The position numbers and the translations under genes are program-made. Below are positions 1 to 10,616 of a stretch of 64,000 nt of DNA, in pieces. The notes under the pieces were generated by a model. That model was not told the DNA's origin. It was given only the letters and a program-made list of their open reading frames with translations, and did not search any database. Position 1 is the stretch's first letter. Each line of letters starts with the position of its first letter. Source of the DNA: an uncultured Chloroflexia bacterium. Lineage in GTDB: Bacteria > Chloroflexota > Limnocylindria > Limnocylindrales > CSP1-4. Location: NCBI GenBank assembly GCA_963722105.1, contig CAVRKQ010000011.1, positions 451,065-515,064 on the forward strand. The letters run 5' to 3'.

Positions 1-38
1 CGCTGTTCATCTCCGGTCGCGACGACGGCGTCGAGGCG

Positions 39-1933
<1,895 letters not shown>

Positions 1934-1958
1934 GAGACCGCTGGCCCTGGCAACCACG

Positions 1959-3926
1959 GTGACGGTCGCGCCGTACGGCTCCTGGGTGTCGCCGTTCAAG
2001 ATCGAGCGGCTGACCGACCGCGTGGTCTTCCTGACGGAGCCACACGCGTCCGGCGCGTTGCGGTACTGGCTCGAGGGCCGTCCCGAGGAGGGCGGCCGGC
2101 AGGTGCTGGTACGGCGCGAGACGGACGGCACGCTGACCCGGATGACGCCGGAAGGGTTCAACGCCCGATCGCGCGTTCACGAGTACGGCGGCGGCGCGAC
2201 CCTCGTGTCCGGCGACCTGGTGATCGTCTCGGACTTCGGGACGGGCCGGCTCAACCGGGTCGTGGGCCCCGGCGAGCTCCTGCCGCTGACCCCCGAGCGC
2301 CAGTGGCGCTACGCCGACATGATCCATGACGCGCCGCGCAACCGGCTGATCGCCATCCACGAGGATCACGAGCCGGAGGTGGTCGCGAAGCACGGCGAGT
2401 GGGTCAACGACCTGGTCGCGATCGACCTCGACTCGGGCGAGGTCACCGTCCTCGCCGAGGGCGTCGATTTCTACGCCGCGCCCCGCCTCTCGCCCGATGG
2501 CTCGACCCTCGTCTGGCTCGAGTGGCACCACCCGAACATGCCCTGGGACGGCACCGAGCTCCGGATGGCTTCGGTCAACGCGGACGGGAGCCTCGGCGAG
2601 GCCCGGACGATCGCCGGGAGCCGGCGCGACTGGATCAGCCAGCCCCAGTGGTCGCCGGAGGGCGTGCTTCACTTCGCCGCCGAGCCGACCGGCTGGATGA
2701 ACCTCTACCGCTACGTCGATGGGCGCGCCGAGCAGCTCACCGATCTCGAGGCCGAGGTCGTGGGGCCGGATTGGCAGTTCGGGTACAAGACCTACGAGTT
2801 CCTCCCGGGTGGCGAGATCGTCATCGCCGCCCGCTCCGGCGGCCGCGATCAGCTGCTTCGGAGGGCCGCGGACGGGACCCTCTCCACCATCGACGTGCCG
2901 CAGTTCACCGAGATCAGCTCCGTCTCGTGGATCGGCGAGACCCTCCTCATTCGCGCTGCCGGCCCGGCCCTGCCCGCGGTCGCTGGGGAGCTCACCCTCG
3001 ATGGCGAGGTGAACGTCCTCCGGAGCGCCGCGCCCAGCGTGCCCGAGGCGGCGGATGTGTCGTTCTCACGCCACATCGAGTTCCCGACGACGGGTGGCCG
3101 AACCGCCTACGGCAACTTCTTCGCGCCGACCAACCCGTCCTTCCGGGCACCCGAGGGCGAGCTTCCGCCGCTCATCGTCACGAGCCATGGCGGGCCCACG
3201 TCGAACGCCTTCTCGGGCCTCCAGACGGGCATCCAGCTGTTCACGAGCCGGGGCTACGCCGTCCTCGACGTCGACTACGGTGGCTCGACCGGCTACGGCC
3301 GCGCCTATCGCGAGCGGCTCGCAGGGGAGTGGGGAATCGTCGACGTCGACGACTGCGTCGCCGGCGCGAAGTTCCTCGCCGAGCAGGGCCTGGTCGACGG
3401 CAGGCGCCAGGCGATCCGCGGCGGCAGCGCCTCGGGCTTCACGACCCTCGCCGCGCTGGCGTTCACGAAGCAGTTCGATGCCGGCTGTACTTACTTCGGG
3501 CTCGGCGACCTGCGGGCGTTCGTGAAGGACACCCACAAGTTCGAGTCGCGCTACCTCGAGAGCCTCGTCGGCCCCTGGCCGGAGGCCGAGCAGAAATACC
3601 TCGATCGCTCTCCGAGCCTGCATGCCGAGAAGATCACGGCTCCCGTGCTGGTCCAGCAGGGCGCGGACGACAAGGTGGTGCCAGTGGAAGAGGCCGAGCG
3701 CATCGTGGATGCCCTGTTCGAGCGCCGGATCCCCCACGCGTACCTGCTGTACGAGGGCGAGGACCACGGCTTCCGTGCCAGCGCCTCGATCATCCGATCG
3801 TTCGGCGCCGAGCTGTCGTTCTACGCCCAGGTCTTCGGCTTCGAGCCGGCGGACGAGCTCGAGCCACTGGAGATCCAGTTCCTCGACGAGAACCGGGCGC
3901 GCATCGAGGCGGCGCGGACCACCTGA
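1959..3926 (+). CDS. S9 family serine peptidase (prolyl oligopeptidase / acylaminoacyl-peptidase type)
   Basis: 655-aa ORF with an N-terminal propeller-like region and a C-terminal alpha/beta hydrolase. Nucleophile elbow GGSASG, with later D and H (QGADDKVVP, EGEDHGF). Confidence 0.85.
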   Translation: MTVAPYGSWVSPFKIERLTDRVVFLTEPHASGALRYWLEGRPEEGGRQVLVRRETDGTLTRMTPEGFNARSRVHEYGGGATLVSGDLVIVSDFGTGRLNRVVGPGELLPLTPERQWRYADMIHDAPRNRLIAIHEDHEPEVVAKHGEWVNDLVAIDLDSGEVTVLAEGVDFYAAPRLSPDGSTLVWLEWHHPNMPWDGTELRMASVNADGSLGEARTIAGSRRDWISQPQWSPEGVLHFAAEPTGWMNLYRYVDGRAEQLTDLEAEVVGPDWQFGYKTYEFLPGGEIVIAARSGGRDQLLRRAADGTLSTIDVPQFTEISSVSWIGETLLIRAAGPALPAVAGELTLDGEVNVLRSAAPSVPEAADVSFSRHIEFPTTGGRTAYGNFFAPTNPSFRAPEGELPPLIVTSHGGPTSNAFSGLQTGIQLFTSRGYAVLDVDYGGSTGYGRAYRERLAGEWGIVDVDDCVAGAKFLAEQGLVDGRRQAIRGGSASGFTTLAALAFTKQFDAGCTYFGLGDLRAFVKDTHKFESRYLESLVGPWPEAEQKYLDRSPSLHAEKITAPVLVQQGADDKVVPVEEAERIVDALFERRIPHAYLLYEGEDHGFRASASIIRSFGAELSFYAQVFGFEPADELEPLEIQFLDENRARIEAARTT

Positions 3927-3941
3927 ATTCCGCCTAATCAC

Positions 3942-4014
3942 GAAGGACCGAGCGGTTGCCCGGTCCTTCGTACTTGCCCTGAGCGCTGGTCGCCGATCGG
4001 CAGCGACCGCTCAG
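3942..4014. terminator. two GC-rich hairpins between convergent genes
   Basis: gaaggaccg-N10-cggtccttc (3942-3969) and cctgagcg...cgctcagg with an inner ggtcgc/gcgacc stem (3977-4014). There is no U-tract, so function is uncertain. Confidence 0.4.
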
Positions 4015-4253
4015 GAAGCCATCGCTCGCGCGCCCCGGCCAGCGGACCGGCCCGACGTGCGGCGAGCTGTGGTGGTGTCGATGCTCGGGTCCAGCGTGCC
4101 CGCCGCCGAGGCGAACAGGCTGCCGAGGCCCCGGCGCCAGCCGGCAACGCCGGTCCGGTTCATCCGGGCGGCATTGGCGAGGCGCCGGCTCTCGGCCTGG
4201 TCGAGCAGCTCCTGGCGGTGGATCTCCGCCAGCATCGGTGTGAACGCGTCCAC
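4011..4253 (-). CDS. hypothetical small protein (about 80 aa)
   Basis: I prefer an internal GTG start at 4253, preceded by GGGAGGAG. The longer ORF (to 4367) would run through the operator repeats. Sequence: VDAFTPMLAEIHRQELLDQAESRRLANAARMN...; no family recognised. Confidence 0.4.
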   Translation of the reverse strand: MDAFTPMLAEIHRQELLDQAESRRLANAARMNRTGVAGWRRGLGSLFASAAGTLDPSIDTTTARRTSGRSAGRGARAMAS

Positions 4254-4296
4254 GGTGATCTCCTCCCGCTTGCTACTGGTGTGGTGGGTCAAATCT

Positions 4297-4368
4297 CTTG
4301 ATGTCGAGATAGTAGTGGGTAGATCGCTTGATGTCAAGAGGCTTGATGGCAACAGACTTGACATCAAG
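4297..4368. promoter_or_regulatory. array of four CTTGA-N2-TCAAG palindromes (putative MarR operator)
   Basis: Copies: cttgatgtcgag (4297), cttgatgtcaag (4327), cttgatggcaac (4342), cttgacatcaag (4357). Spacing is 30, 15 and 15 bp. They lie in the divergent region between the small ORF and the MarR gene. Confidence 0.55.
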
Positions 4369-4393
4369 CGTTAACGAGGTGCAGACTCCTGCC

Positions 4394-4942
4394 ATGGCGG
4401 CCAAGAAGGAGCTCGCGCGCGACGAGATCGACGAGCAGCTCGACATCTGGGTCCGCGAGATCCCCGGCCTCGACCGGCTCACGGAGGGGATCATCGAGCG
4501 GATCGCGATCCTCAACTACAACGTCGGACTCGGGATGGACGAGACGCTCCAGGAGTTCGACCTCGACAGGCGGGCGTTCTCGCTCCTCGGCAAGCTGCGA
4601 CGGATCGGGGCGCCCTATCGCGCTTCCGCGGGCAAGCTCGCAGCGGACCTGCGCCTCTCCAGCGGCGCGATGACGAACCGCCTCGACCGCCTCGAGGCCG
4701 CCGGCCTCATTCGCCGCCTCCCGGACCCGAACGACCGCCGCGGGACGATCGTCGAGCCGACCGAGCTCGGGAACTCGATGTGGGACAAGACGGTCGGCGC
4801 CGCCGCCCGGCGCGAGACCGGCTACACGGCGGGGCTCAGCAAGGCCGAGAAGGAAGAGCTGCACGACCTCCTCCGGAAGCTGATGCTCGCCTTCCCGAAC
4901 CTCAAGCACAAGAAGCACGCCCCCGCCGAAGCTGACGACTAG
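4394..4942 (+). CDS. MarR family transcriptional regulator
   Basis: Winged-helix core: FSLLGKLRRIGAPYRASAGKLAADLRLSSGAMTNRLDRLEAAGLIRRLPDPNDRRG. I prefer ATG 4394 (MAAKKELARD) to the ORF-track start 4328, which overlaps the operator array. Confidence 0.85.
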   Translation: MAAKKELARDEIDEQLDIWVREIPGLDRLTEGIIERIAILNYNVGLGMDETLQEFDLDRRAFSLLGKLRRIGAPYRASAGKLAADLRLSSGAMTNRLDRLEAAGLIRRLPDPNDRRGTIVEPTELGNSMWDKTVGAAARRETGYTAGLSKAEKEELHDLLRKLMLAFPNLKHKKHAPAEADD

Positions 4943-5449
4943 CTAGCCGTCGCCGCGCCGCAGGGCCGCGGCGATCCGCCGGGCCGCGTCGGCCAGCTCC
5001 TCGTCGCTGACGTTGGGCAGGACGTCCTCCCACAGCGGCAGCATCGCGCCCGTGGCCTGCAGCATGCCAAGCGGGCGGGGCATCAGCCACACGTGGAAGT
5101 GCGCACCACCGTCGCCCCAGCGATAGAGGTGGACGCGGCCAACGTCGCCGAGACCCAGGATGGCCTCCTCGACGCGGGCGATCACCGGCCCGAAGGCCGC
5201 CGCCGCCTCCGGCGAGAGATCCTTGAACGAGTCCACGTGCTCGCGACTCGCGAGCCACACCGCGCCGGCGATGCTGCCGTTCACCGGCGGGTGGAGCGTG
5301 AAGTGCTCGCTCTCCCACACGGCTCCGGTGGCGCCACCTTCGCAGATGCCGCACGGCTCGCCTCCGGGCTCGCCGCGACGTGGGGGCTCGGGGATGACCC
5401 GCTCGCCGAGGGGTCGAGGCGTCAGTGGTTCGAGGTACGGCAGCTCCAT
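4943..5449 (-). CDS. HIT-like (histidine triad superfamily) protein
   Basis: 168 aa with an N-terminal CGIC and a C-terminal GGAHFHVWLMPRP (partial HxHxH-type triad). Its start lies 1 nt after the stop of the upstream MerR-fusion gene. Confidence 0.6.
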   Translation of the reverse strand: MELPYLEPLTPRPLGERVIPEPPRRGEPGGEPCGICEGGATGAVWESEHFTLHPPVNGSIAGAVWLASREHVDSFKDLSPEAAAAFGPVIARVEEAILGLGDVGRVHLYRWGDGGAHFHVWLMPRPLGMLQATGAMLPLWEDVLPNVSDEELADAARRIAAALRRGDG

Positions 5450-5450
5450 G

Positions 5451-6290
5451 TCAGTCTCCTCTGGGCTCTGGTCCGGTCATTGCGGGAAGGCGTCCCGCGG
5501 CACGTCGCGCGATCTCGATGAATGGACGCAGCCGCACGGATAGCTCCGTCCGGGTTGCGCGGAAGGCCTCGAGGCGGGTCTCCGTCGAGCCCTCGACCGC
5601 CGCTGGGTCCTCGAGGTGCCAGTGGAGGGCGCCGTGCGGCCCGGGGAACGTGGGGCACGCCTCGCGGGCCGAGTTGGAGAGCGTGATCACGTAGTCGAAC
5701 CGCCGGTCGAGGAGCTCGACGACCGACTTCGCGCGAGCGCCGCGCCAGTCGATGCCGAGCTCTGCCAACGTCTGGACCGCGAGCGGATGGACGGACTTGG
5801 GTTGGGTGCCACCCGACCGCGCCTCGAAGTCGTCCCCACCGAAGTGCCCGAGCAGCGCCTCGGCCATCTGGCTGCGAGCGGAGTTGCCATTGCAGACGAA
5901 CAGGACGCTGATCGGGGCGAGCGGCGGTCGACGCCGGCCAGGGTCGGCCACGTGCATCGTCCGCTCGAGGTCGACGAGCTCGAGCTCCAGCCGCTCCAGC
6001 TCCTCGCGCTGCTGCGCGATCCGTCGATGCTGGTGAGCGAGGGTCGCGGTCAGCTTCGGATCGTCAGATCCGCCCGTGAAGCAACGTTCCGCGAGGCGCC
6101 CGGCCTCGAGCGGCGGGAGGCCCAGCCGGCGGAGCGTGAGGACCATGGTGAGGCGGGCCAGGTCCGAATCCGAGTACGTCCGGTAGCCGTTCTCGCTCCG
6201 CGACGGACGCGGCAGGATGCCAGCGGCCTCGTACCAGCGGACCCCGGAGGCGGAGATGCCCGCGCGCCGGGCGAGGGTCGAGATGTTCAC
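5451..6290 (-). CDS. MerR-type HTH domain fused to an LMW phosphotyrosine phosphatase / ArsC-type domain
   Basis: N-terminus MNISTLARRAGISASGVRWYEAAGILP...GYRTYSDSDLARL (MerR HTH plus coiled coil). C-terminus VLFVCNGNSARSQMAEALL (CX5R(S) P-loop). Confidence 0.8.
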   Translation of the reverse strand: MNISTLARRAGISASGVRWYEAAGILPRPSRSENGYRTYSDSDLARLTMVLTLRRLGLPPLEAGRLAERCFTGGSDDPKLTATLAHQHRRIAQQREELERLELELVDLERTMHVADPGRRRPPLAPISVLFVCNGNSARSQMAEALLGHFGGDDFEARSGGTQPKSVHPLAVQTLAELGIDWRGARAKSVVELLDRRFDYVITLSNSAREACPTFPGPHGALHWHLEDPAAVEGSTETRLEAFRATRTELSVRLRPFIEIARRAAGRLPAMTGPEPRGD

Positions 6291-6305
6291 CGCTGCAGGC
6301 TAGAC

Positions 6306-6320
6306 CTTGCAGTGGCTGCA
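6306..6320. promoter_or_regulatory. TTGCAG-N3-CTGCAA inverted repeat upstream of the MerR-fusion gene
   Basis: Perfect 6-bp arms 16-30 nt upstream of the GTG start at 6290. A related ctgcagg sits at 6293. A role as the autoregulatory operator is inference only. Confidence 0.3.
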
Positions 6321-6381
6321 AAGTCAAGTGCGATCGGCGGGCTCGCCTGTGGCGCCCCGGGATCGCCCGTCCGTCGGTCCG

Positions 6382-6921
6382 CTAGGTGGCGCGGCGAGTC
6401 CGAAGCGGGTCGACCCAATCGAACACGAGCCGGAGCAAGGCGGCCGAGATCGCAGCCGAGGCCAGGAAGCGCACGAGCACGATGGCGATGTCGACCGGCG
6501 CGTCCACGAGCAGGAATTGCACGGGGTCTTCGGTGGAGTAGAGCCCGCTGGCCCTGTCGCGGGCAGGCGGGATGATGGTCCGCATGAGGACGTACGCGAC
6601 GAACAGGCCGCCGGTGATCGCCCAGTCCCGCTCGCCGCTCCACGGGCGCCCGAGCAGGCTCGGACGGCGATGCTCGAACACCACGGCCCAGACCACGTAG
6701 CCGACCGTCATGCCGAGCAACAGTGGGACGAGCCAAAGCAGAACGTCGACCGACACCAGCTCCACCTCGGGGCGGATCCGGACGAGGGTCATCCGCGGCG
6801 GGACCAGGCCGACGAGCGCCATTGCCGCGATCCCGCCGATGGCCGCGGCTGCCAGCTGGCCCTGCCGCAGGAAGCGTCGGCGGGCAGGCGAAGGCTCGGG
6901 CACCGAGGCCGTGGCGGTCAT
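6382..6921 (-). CDS. integral membrane protein, function unknown
   Basis: 179 aa starting MTATASVPEPS, with four hydrophobic segments. Its ATG overlaps the kynureninase stop (ATGA). The rest of the 614-aa ORF 6382..8226 is a shadow frame. Confidence 0.6.
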   Translation of the reverse strand: MTATASVPEPSPARRRFLRQGQLAAAAIGGIAAMALVGLVPPRMTLVRIRPEVELVSVDVLLWLVPLLLGMTVGYVVWAVVFEHRRPSLLGRPWSGERDWAITGGLFVAYVLMRTIIPPARDRASGLYSTEDPVQFLLVDAPVDIAIVLVRFLASAAISAALLRLVFDWVDPLRTRRAT

Positions 6922-8141
6922 GCCCCGGCGAGGAGGTCGCGGAGCGCCGCCAGGCCGGCGTGGACATCCTCGAACGAGGTCGTCAGCGGTGAGAGCCCGA
7001 CCCGGACCGAGTCGGGGGCGCGAAAGTCGGTGATGACCTGGCGCGCCTCGAGGGCGGAGGTCAGCCGGCGCGCGTCGGCGTGGCGGATCGCGATATGACC
7101 GCCTCGGCGGGCCGCGTCGCGCGGCGACCCGAGCGAACACCCCAGCGGCGCGAGCCAGGCATCCAGGAGCTCGACCGCGAACTCGGTCAGTGCGATGCCC
7201 TTGGCCCGGATCGCCTCGATGCCGGCCTCTGCCACCAGCGCGATACCGGCCTCCGCCGCCGTCAACCCGAGGATCCCGGGCGTCCCGACCTGCCAGCCGT
7301 CGATGCCCTCGCGCCGGCGGAACGCGGGGCCCATCTCGAACTGGTCGGTCTGGGCCATCCAGCCCTGGATCGGGGGGCGGAGCTCGCCCTGGAGCTCGCG
7401 CCGGACAAAGAGGAACGCCGGCGCGCCGGGCCCGCCGTTCAGGTACTTGTAGCTGCAGCCCACCGCGAGGTCGACGCCGTTTGCGGTCAGGTCCACCGAC
7501 ACCGAGCCCGCCGCGTGCGAGAGGTCCCACAGGACGAAGGCACCGGCGCTGCGGGCTGCGTCGGTGATCGCTCGGATGTCCGCAACGGCCGACGATCGAT
7601 AGTTGACCGCGGACAGGATCACCAGCGCCGTTCGATCGTCGAGCGCGGCCTCGACGTTGCTGGCCGCGAGGCCCTCGATCGGGTCGCCCTCGAGCCAGCG
7701 GATCTCGAGGTCTCGCTCCCGTGCCAGGCCCTCCAGGACGTAGCGGTCCGTCGGGAACTCGGACCGCTCGATGAGGACCGCGCGTCGGCCGGGCCGCGCG
7801 TCCAGCGCCGCGCACGCGAGGCGGTAGATGTTCACGGTCGTCGAGTCGGTCACGAGGACCTCGCCGGGACGCGCACCCAGGACGCCGGCGCCGAGCAGGT
7901 CGCCGACCCGGAGCGGCAGCTCCAGCCAGCCCTCTTCCCAGCCACGGATCAGCCGCGTCGACCACGCCTGCGCGACGACGCCCACCCGCTCGATCGCCGC
8001 CTTCGTGGGTCGCCCGAGCGAGTTGCCGTCGAGGTAGATCAGCCCCGGCTCCGCCGGCGCGAACCGATCTCGGAAGCTCGCGAGTGGGTCCGCGGCGTCG
8101 AGCGCCGCGGGATCGAGGTCGAGCCGGGCCGTCGAATCCAC
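6918..8141 (-). CDS. kynU: kynureninase
   Basis: Diagnostic stretches: IYLDGNSLGRP, FVLWDLSHAAG, AVGCSYKYLNGGPGAPAF (PLP lysine region), DFRAPDSVRVGLSPL. Start is uncertain. GTG 8141 gives about 407 aa; the ORF-track start 8309 would overlap metK. Confidence 0.85.
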   Translation of the reverse strand: MDSTARLDLDPAALDAADPLASFRDRFAPAEPGLIYLDGNSLGRPTKAAIERVGVVAQAWSTRLIRGWEEGWLELPLRVGDLLGAGVLGARPGEVLVTDSTTVNIYRLACAALDARPGRRAVLIERSEFPTDRYVLEGLARERDLEIRWLEGDPIEGLAASNVEAALDDRTALVILSAVNYRSSAVADIRAITDAARSAGAFVLWDLSHAAGSVSVDLTANGVDLAVGCSYKYLNGGPGAPAFLFVRRELQGELRPPIQGWMAQTDQFEMGPAFRRREGIDGWQVGTPGILGLTAAEAGIALVAEAGIEAIRAKGIALTEFAVELLDAWLAPLGCSLGSPRDAARRGGHIAIRHADARRLTSALEARQVITDFRAPDSVRVGLSPLTTSFEDVHAGLAALRDLLAGA

Positions 8142-8246
8142 GGGCGGAGGATAGTCGGGGCGCCCCTGACCTTCGTGCCAGCGGAGGTGGCTCCGGGCCG
8201 GTGATAGAGTCCCGGGCGACAAGCACCGCCCAGCATCGAGGCCTTC

Positions 8247-9473
8247 TTGACCAGCATCGTCGACGCGCCCGAGTACCTCTTCACGTCCAAATCGGTCACC
8301 GAGGGCCACCCGGACAAGCTCTGCGACCAGGTCAGCGATGCGATCCTCGACGCGATCATCCGCGAGGACCCGGGTGCGCGCGTCGCCTGCGAGACGGCGA
8401 CGACGACGGGGCTCGTGATCGTCCTCGGCGAGATCACGACCAGCACGTACATCGACTTCCAGCAGGTCGTCCGCGAGACCGTCCGCGAGATCGGCTACAC
8501 GCGGTCCGACTACGGCTTCGACTACGAGACCTGCGGCACGCTGATCTCCGTCAAGGAGCAGTCACCAGACATCGCGCAGGGCGTGAACGCGGCGCTCGAG
8601 ACGCGCGGCGAGAACGCCGAGACGGGCGAGCTCGGCGCCGGCGACCAGGGGATGATGTTCGGGTTCGCGTGCCGCGAGACGCCCGAGCTCATGCCGCTGC
8701 CGATCGCGCTGGCGCACCGCATGGCCCGCCGCCTCGCCGAGGCCCGCAAGTCGGGCCAGCTGCCCTACCTCCGCCCGGACGGCAAGACCCAGGTGACCGT
8801 CGAGTACGCGCATGGCGTCCCGAAGCACGTCCGGACCGTGGTGGTCGCCGCCCAGCACGATCCCGACGTACGGCTCGACCGCCTCCAGGACGACCTCACC
8901 GAGTCCGTCATCCTGCCGTCGATCCCGCGCGAGCTGCGCGACCAGGACCCGGTCATGCACGTGAACCCGACCGGCCGGTTCGTGGTTGGTGGGCCGATGG
9001 GCGACGCCGGGCTGACCGGTCGCAAGATCATCGTCGACTCGTACGGCGGGATGGCGCGCCACGGGGGCGGCTGCTTCTCCGGCAAGGACCCGACCAAGGT
9101 CGACCGCTCCGGCGCCTACGCCGCGCGCTGGGTCGCCAAGAACGTCGTCGCCGCCGGCCTGGCGGATCGCTTCGAGATCGAGCTCGCGTACGCGATCGGG
9201 ATCGCGCGGCCGTTGTCCGTGTCGATCGAATCGTTTGGCACGGGCCGCATCCCCGACGACAGGATCCTCGCCCTGATCAACGAGCACTTCGACCTGCGGC
9301 CGGCCTCGATCATCGCCGCGCTGGACCTCCGCCGCCCGATCTACCGCCAGACTGCGGCGTACGGCCACTTCGGCCGGCTCGACCTCGACCTCCCCTGGGA
9401 GCGCACGGACAAGGCCGAGCTGCTCGCCGCCGACGCGGGCATCCAGATGCCGGAGGCCGTTCCCGCGGCGTAG
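8247..9473 (+). CDS. metK: S-adenosylmethionine synthetase
   Basis: [28 protein letters not shown] and [16 protein letters not shown] over a full-length 408 aa. TTG start per the ORF track. Confidence 0.95.
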   Translation: MTSIVDAPEYLFTSKSVTEGHPDKLCDQVSDAILDAIIREDPGARVACETATTTGLVIVLGEITTSTYIDFQQVVRETVREIGYTRSDYGFDYETCGTLISVKEQSPDIAQGVNAALETRGENAETGELGAGDQGMMFGFACRETPELMPLPIALAHRMARRLAEARKSGQLPYLRPDGKTQVTVEYAHGVPKHVRTVVVAAQHDPDVRLDRLQDDLTESVILPSIPRELRDQDPVMHVNPTGRFVVGGPMGDAGLTGRKIIVDSYGGMARHGGGCFSGKDPTKVDRSGAYAARWVAKNVVAAGLADRFEIELAYAIGIARPLSVSIESFGTGRIPDDRILALINEHFDLRPASIIAALDLRRPIYRQTAAYGHFGRLDLDLPWERTDKAELLAADAGIQMPEAVPAA

Positions 9474-9536
9474 TTCGGGAAACCTCCCCGCGTCGAGCCC
9501 GCCCGCTCGACTCGCCGCGCCCTTAGGATTCCCGCG

Positions 9537-10616
9537 ATGTATGCGGTGGTGATGGCCGGCGGTGGCGGCACGCGCCTGTGGCCGCTGTCTCGTCCCGAGA
9601 CGCCGAAGCCGTTCCTCCCACTGCTCGGTGACCGATCGCTGCTCCAGCGAACCGTCGACCGGATCGTCGGCCACCCCGAGCTGGGCCTGAAGCCGGACGA
9701 CGTCGCCGTCGTGACCGAGCGGCGCTACGGGCCGATGGTTCGCGCCCAGCTCCCGGGTGTGCGGGTCATCGCGGAGCCGCTTGGGCGAAACACCGCCGCG
9801 GCGATCGCGCTCGCGACCCTGCAGTTCGACCGTGACCCGTCGGAGGTCATGCTCGTCCTCCCCGCGGACGCCCATATCGATCCCGAGCGAGACGGCGTCT
9901 ATCGCGAGGTGCTCAAGGCAGCCGGTCGGATCGCGCGAGACGGGGCCTTCGGCGTGGACGCGCCCCTGGTGACGCTCGGCGTCCAGACCCAGCATCCGGC
10001 AACGGAATACGGCTACCTGATCCCGGACTACGACGGCGGCGCCGTGATCGACGGGATCCAGGCGTACCCGCTGCTCGGGTTCGAGGAGAAGCCGGATCGT
10101 GAGCGGGCAGGCCAGCTCTACGCCCAGCTCGGGGTCGCCTGGAACGCCGGCATCTTCCTGTGGCAGCGCCAGGCCATTCGCGACGCCATCGATCGCTACA
10201 CCGGGTTGATGACCATGATCGGAACGATCGGCAGCAGCGATTCCGGGCTGCAGGCCGCGTACGACCGGTTGAAGCCGCTCTCCATCGACCGTGCCGTCAT
10301 GGAGGGCGCCGCCAGCGACAAGCGTGTCGCGATGGCGTCGATGAACGTCGGCTGGAGCGACCTCGGGAGCTGGACGCAGCTCGTGGCCGCCGTCGGTGGG
10401 TCGGGGGTGGGTCGCGTGATCCCGCCGAACGAGGCGGCCCGCGCCTCCGAGGCGGACCTCGTCGTGGAACGCCAGGGCGGCCGTCTCGCCGTGAGCGACG
10501 GGCCTCGCGATATCCTCGCCGCGAGCCCGGTCGCGCTGCTCGAGGGCGCGGCGGCGGAGCGGGCACCCGTCGACCAGCTCGTTGCCCGCGTTGCCGAATG
10601 GGAGGACCGCCAGTGA
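9537..10616 (+). CDS. mannose-1-phosphate guanylyltransferase-type NDP-sugar pyrophosphorylase
   Basis: N-terminal MAGGGGTRLWPLSRPETPKPFLPL and 359 aa. Operon context with a phosphomannomutase and a cupin isomerase. Confidence 0.8.
   Translation: MYAVVMAGGGGTRLWPLSRPETPKPFLPLLGDRSLLQRTVDRIVGHPELGLKPDDVAVVTERRYGPMVRAQLPGVRVIAEPLGRNTAAAIALATLQFDRDPSEVMLVLPADAHIDPERDGVYREVLKAAGRIARDGAFGVDAPLVTLGVQTQHPATEYGYLIPDYDGGAVIDGIQAYPLLGFEEKPDRERAGQLYAQLGVAWNAGIFLWQRQAIRDAIDRYTGLMTMIGTIGSSDSGLQAAYDRLKPLSIDRAVMEGAASDKRVAMASMNVGWSDLGSWTQLVAAVGGSGVGRVIPPNEAARASEADLVVERQGGRLAVSDGPRDILAASPVALLEGAAAERAPVDQLVARVAEWEDRQ

Noticed and set aside
8142-8246. SAM riboswitch (SAM-I/SAM-IV) in the metK leader
   Set aside because: A few short matches exist (GCCAGCG, CCCGGG.GA), but the diagnostic SAM-IV/SAM-I cores are missing. 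The leader is only about 105 nt, and the neighbouring start is uncertain.
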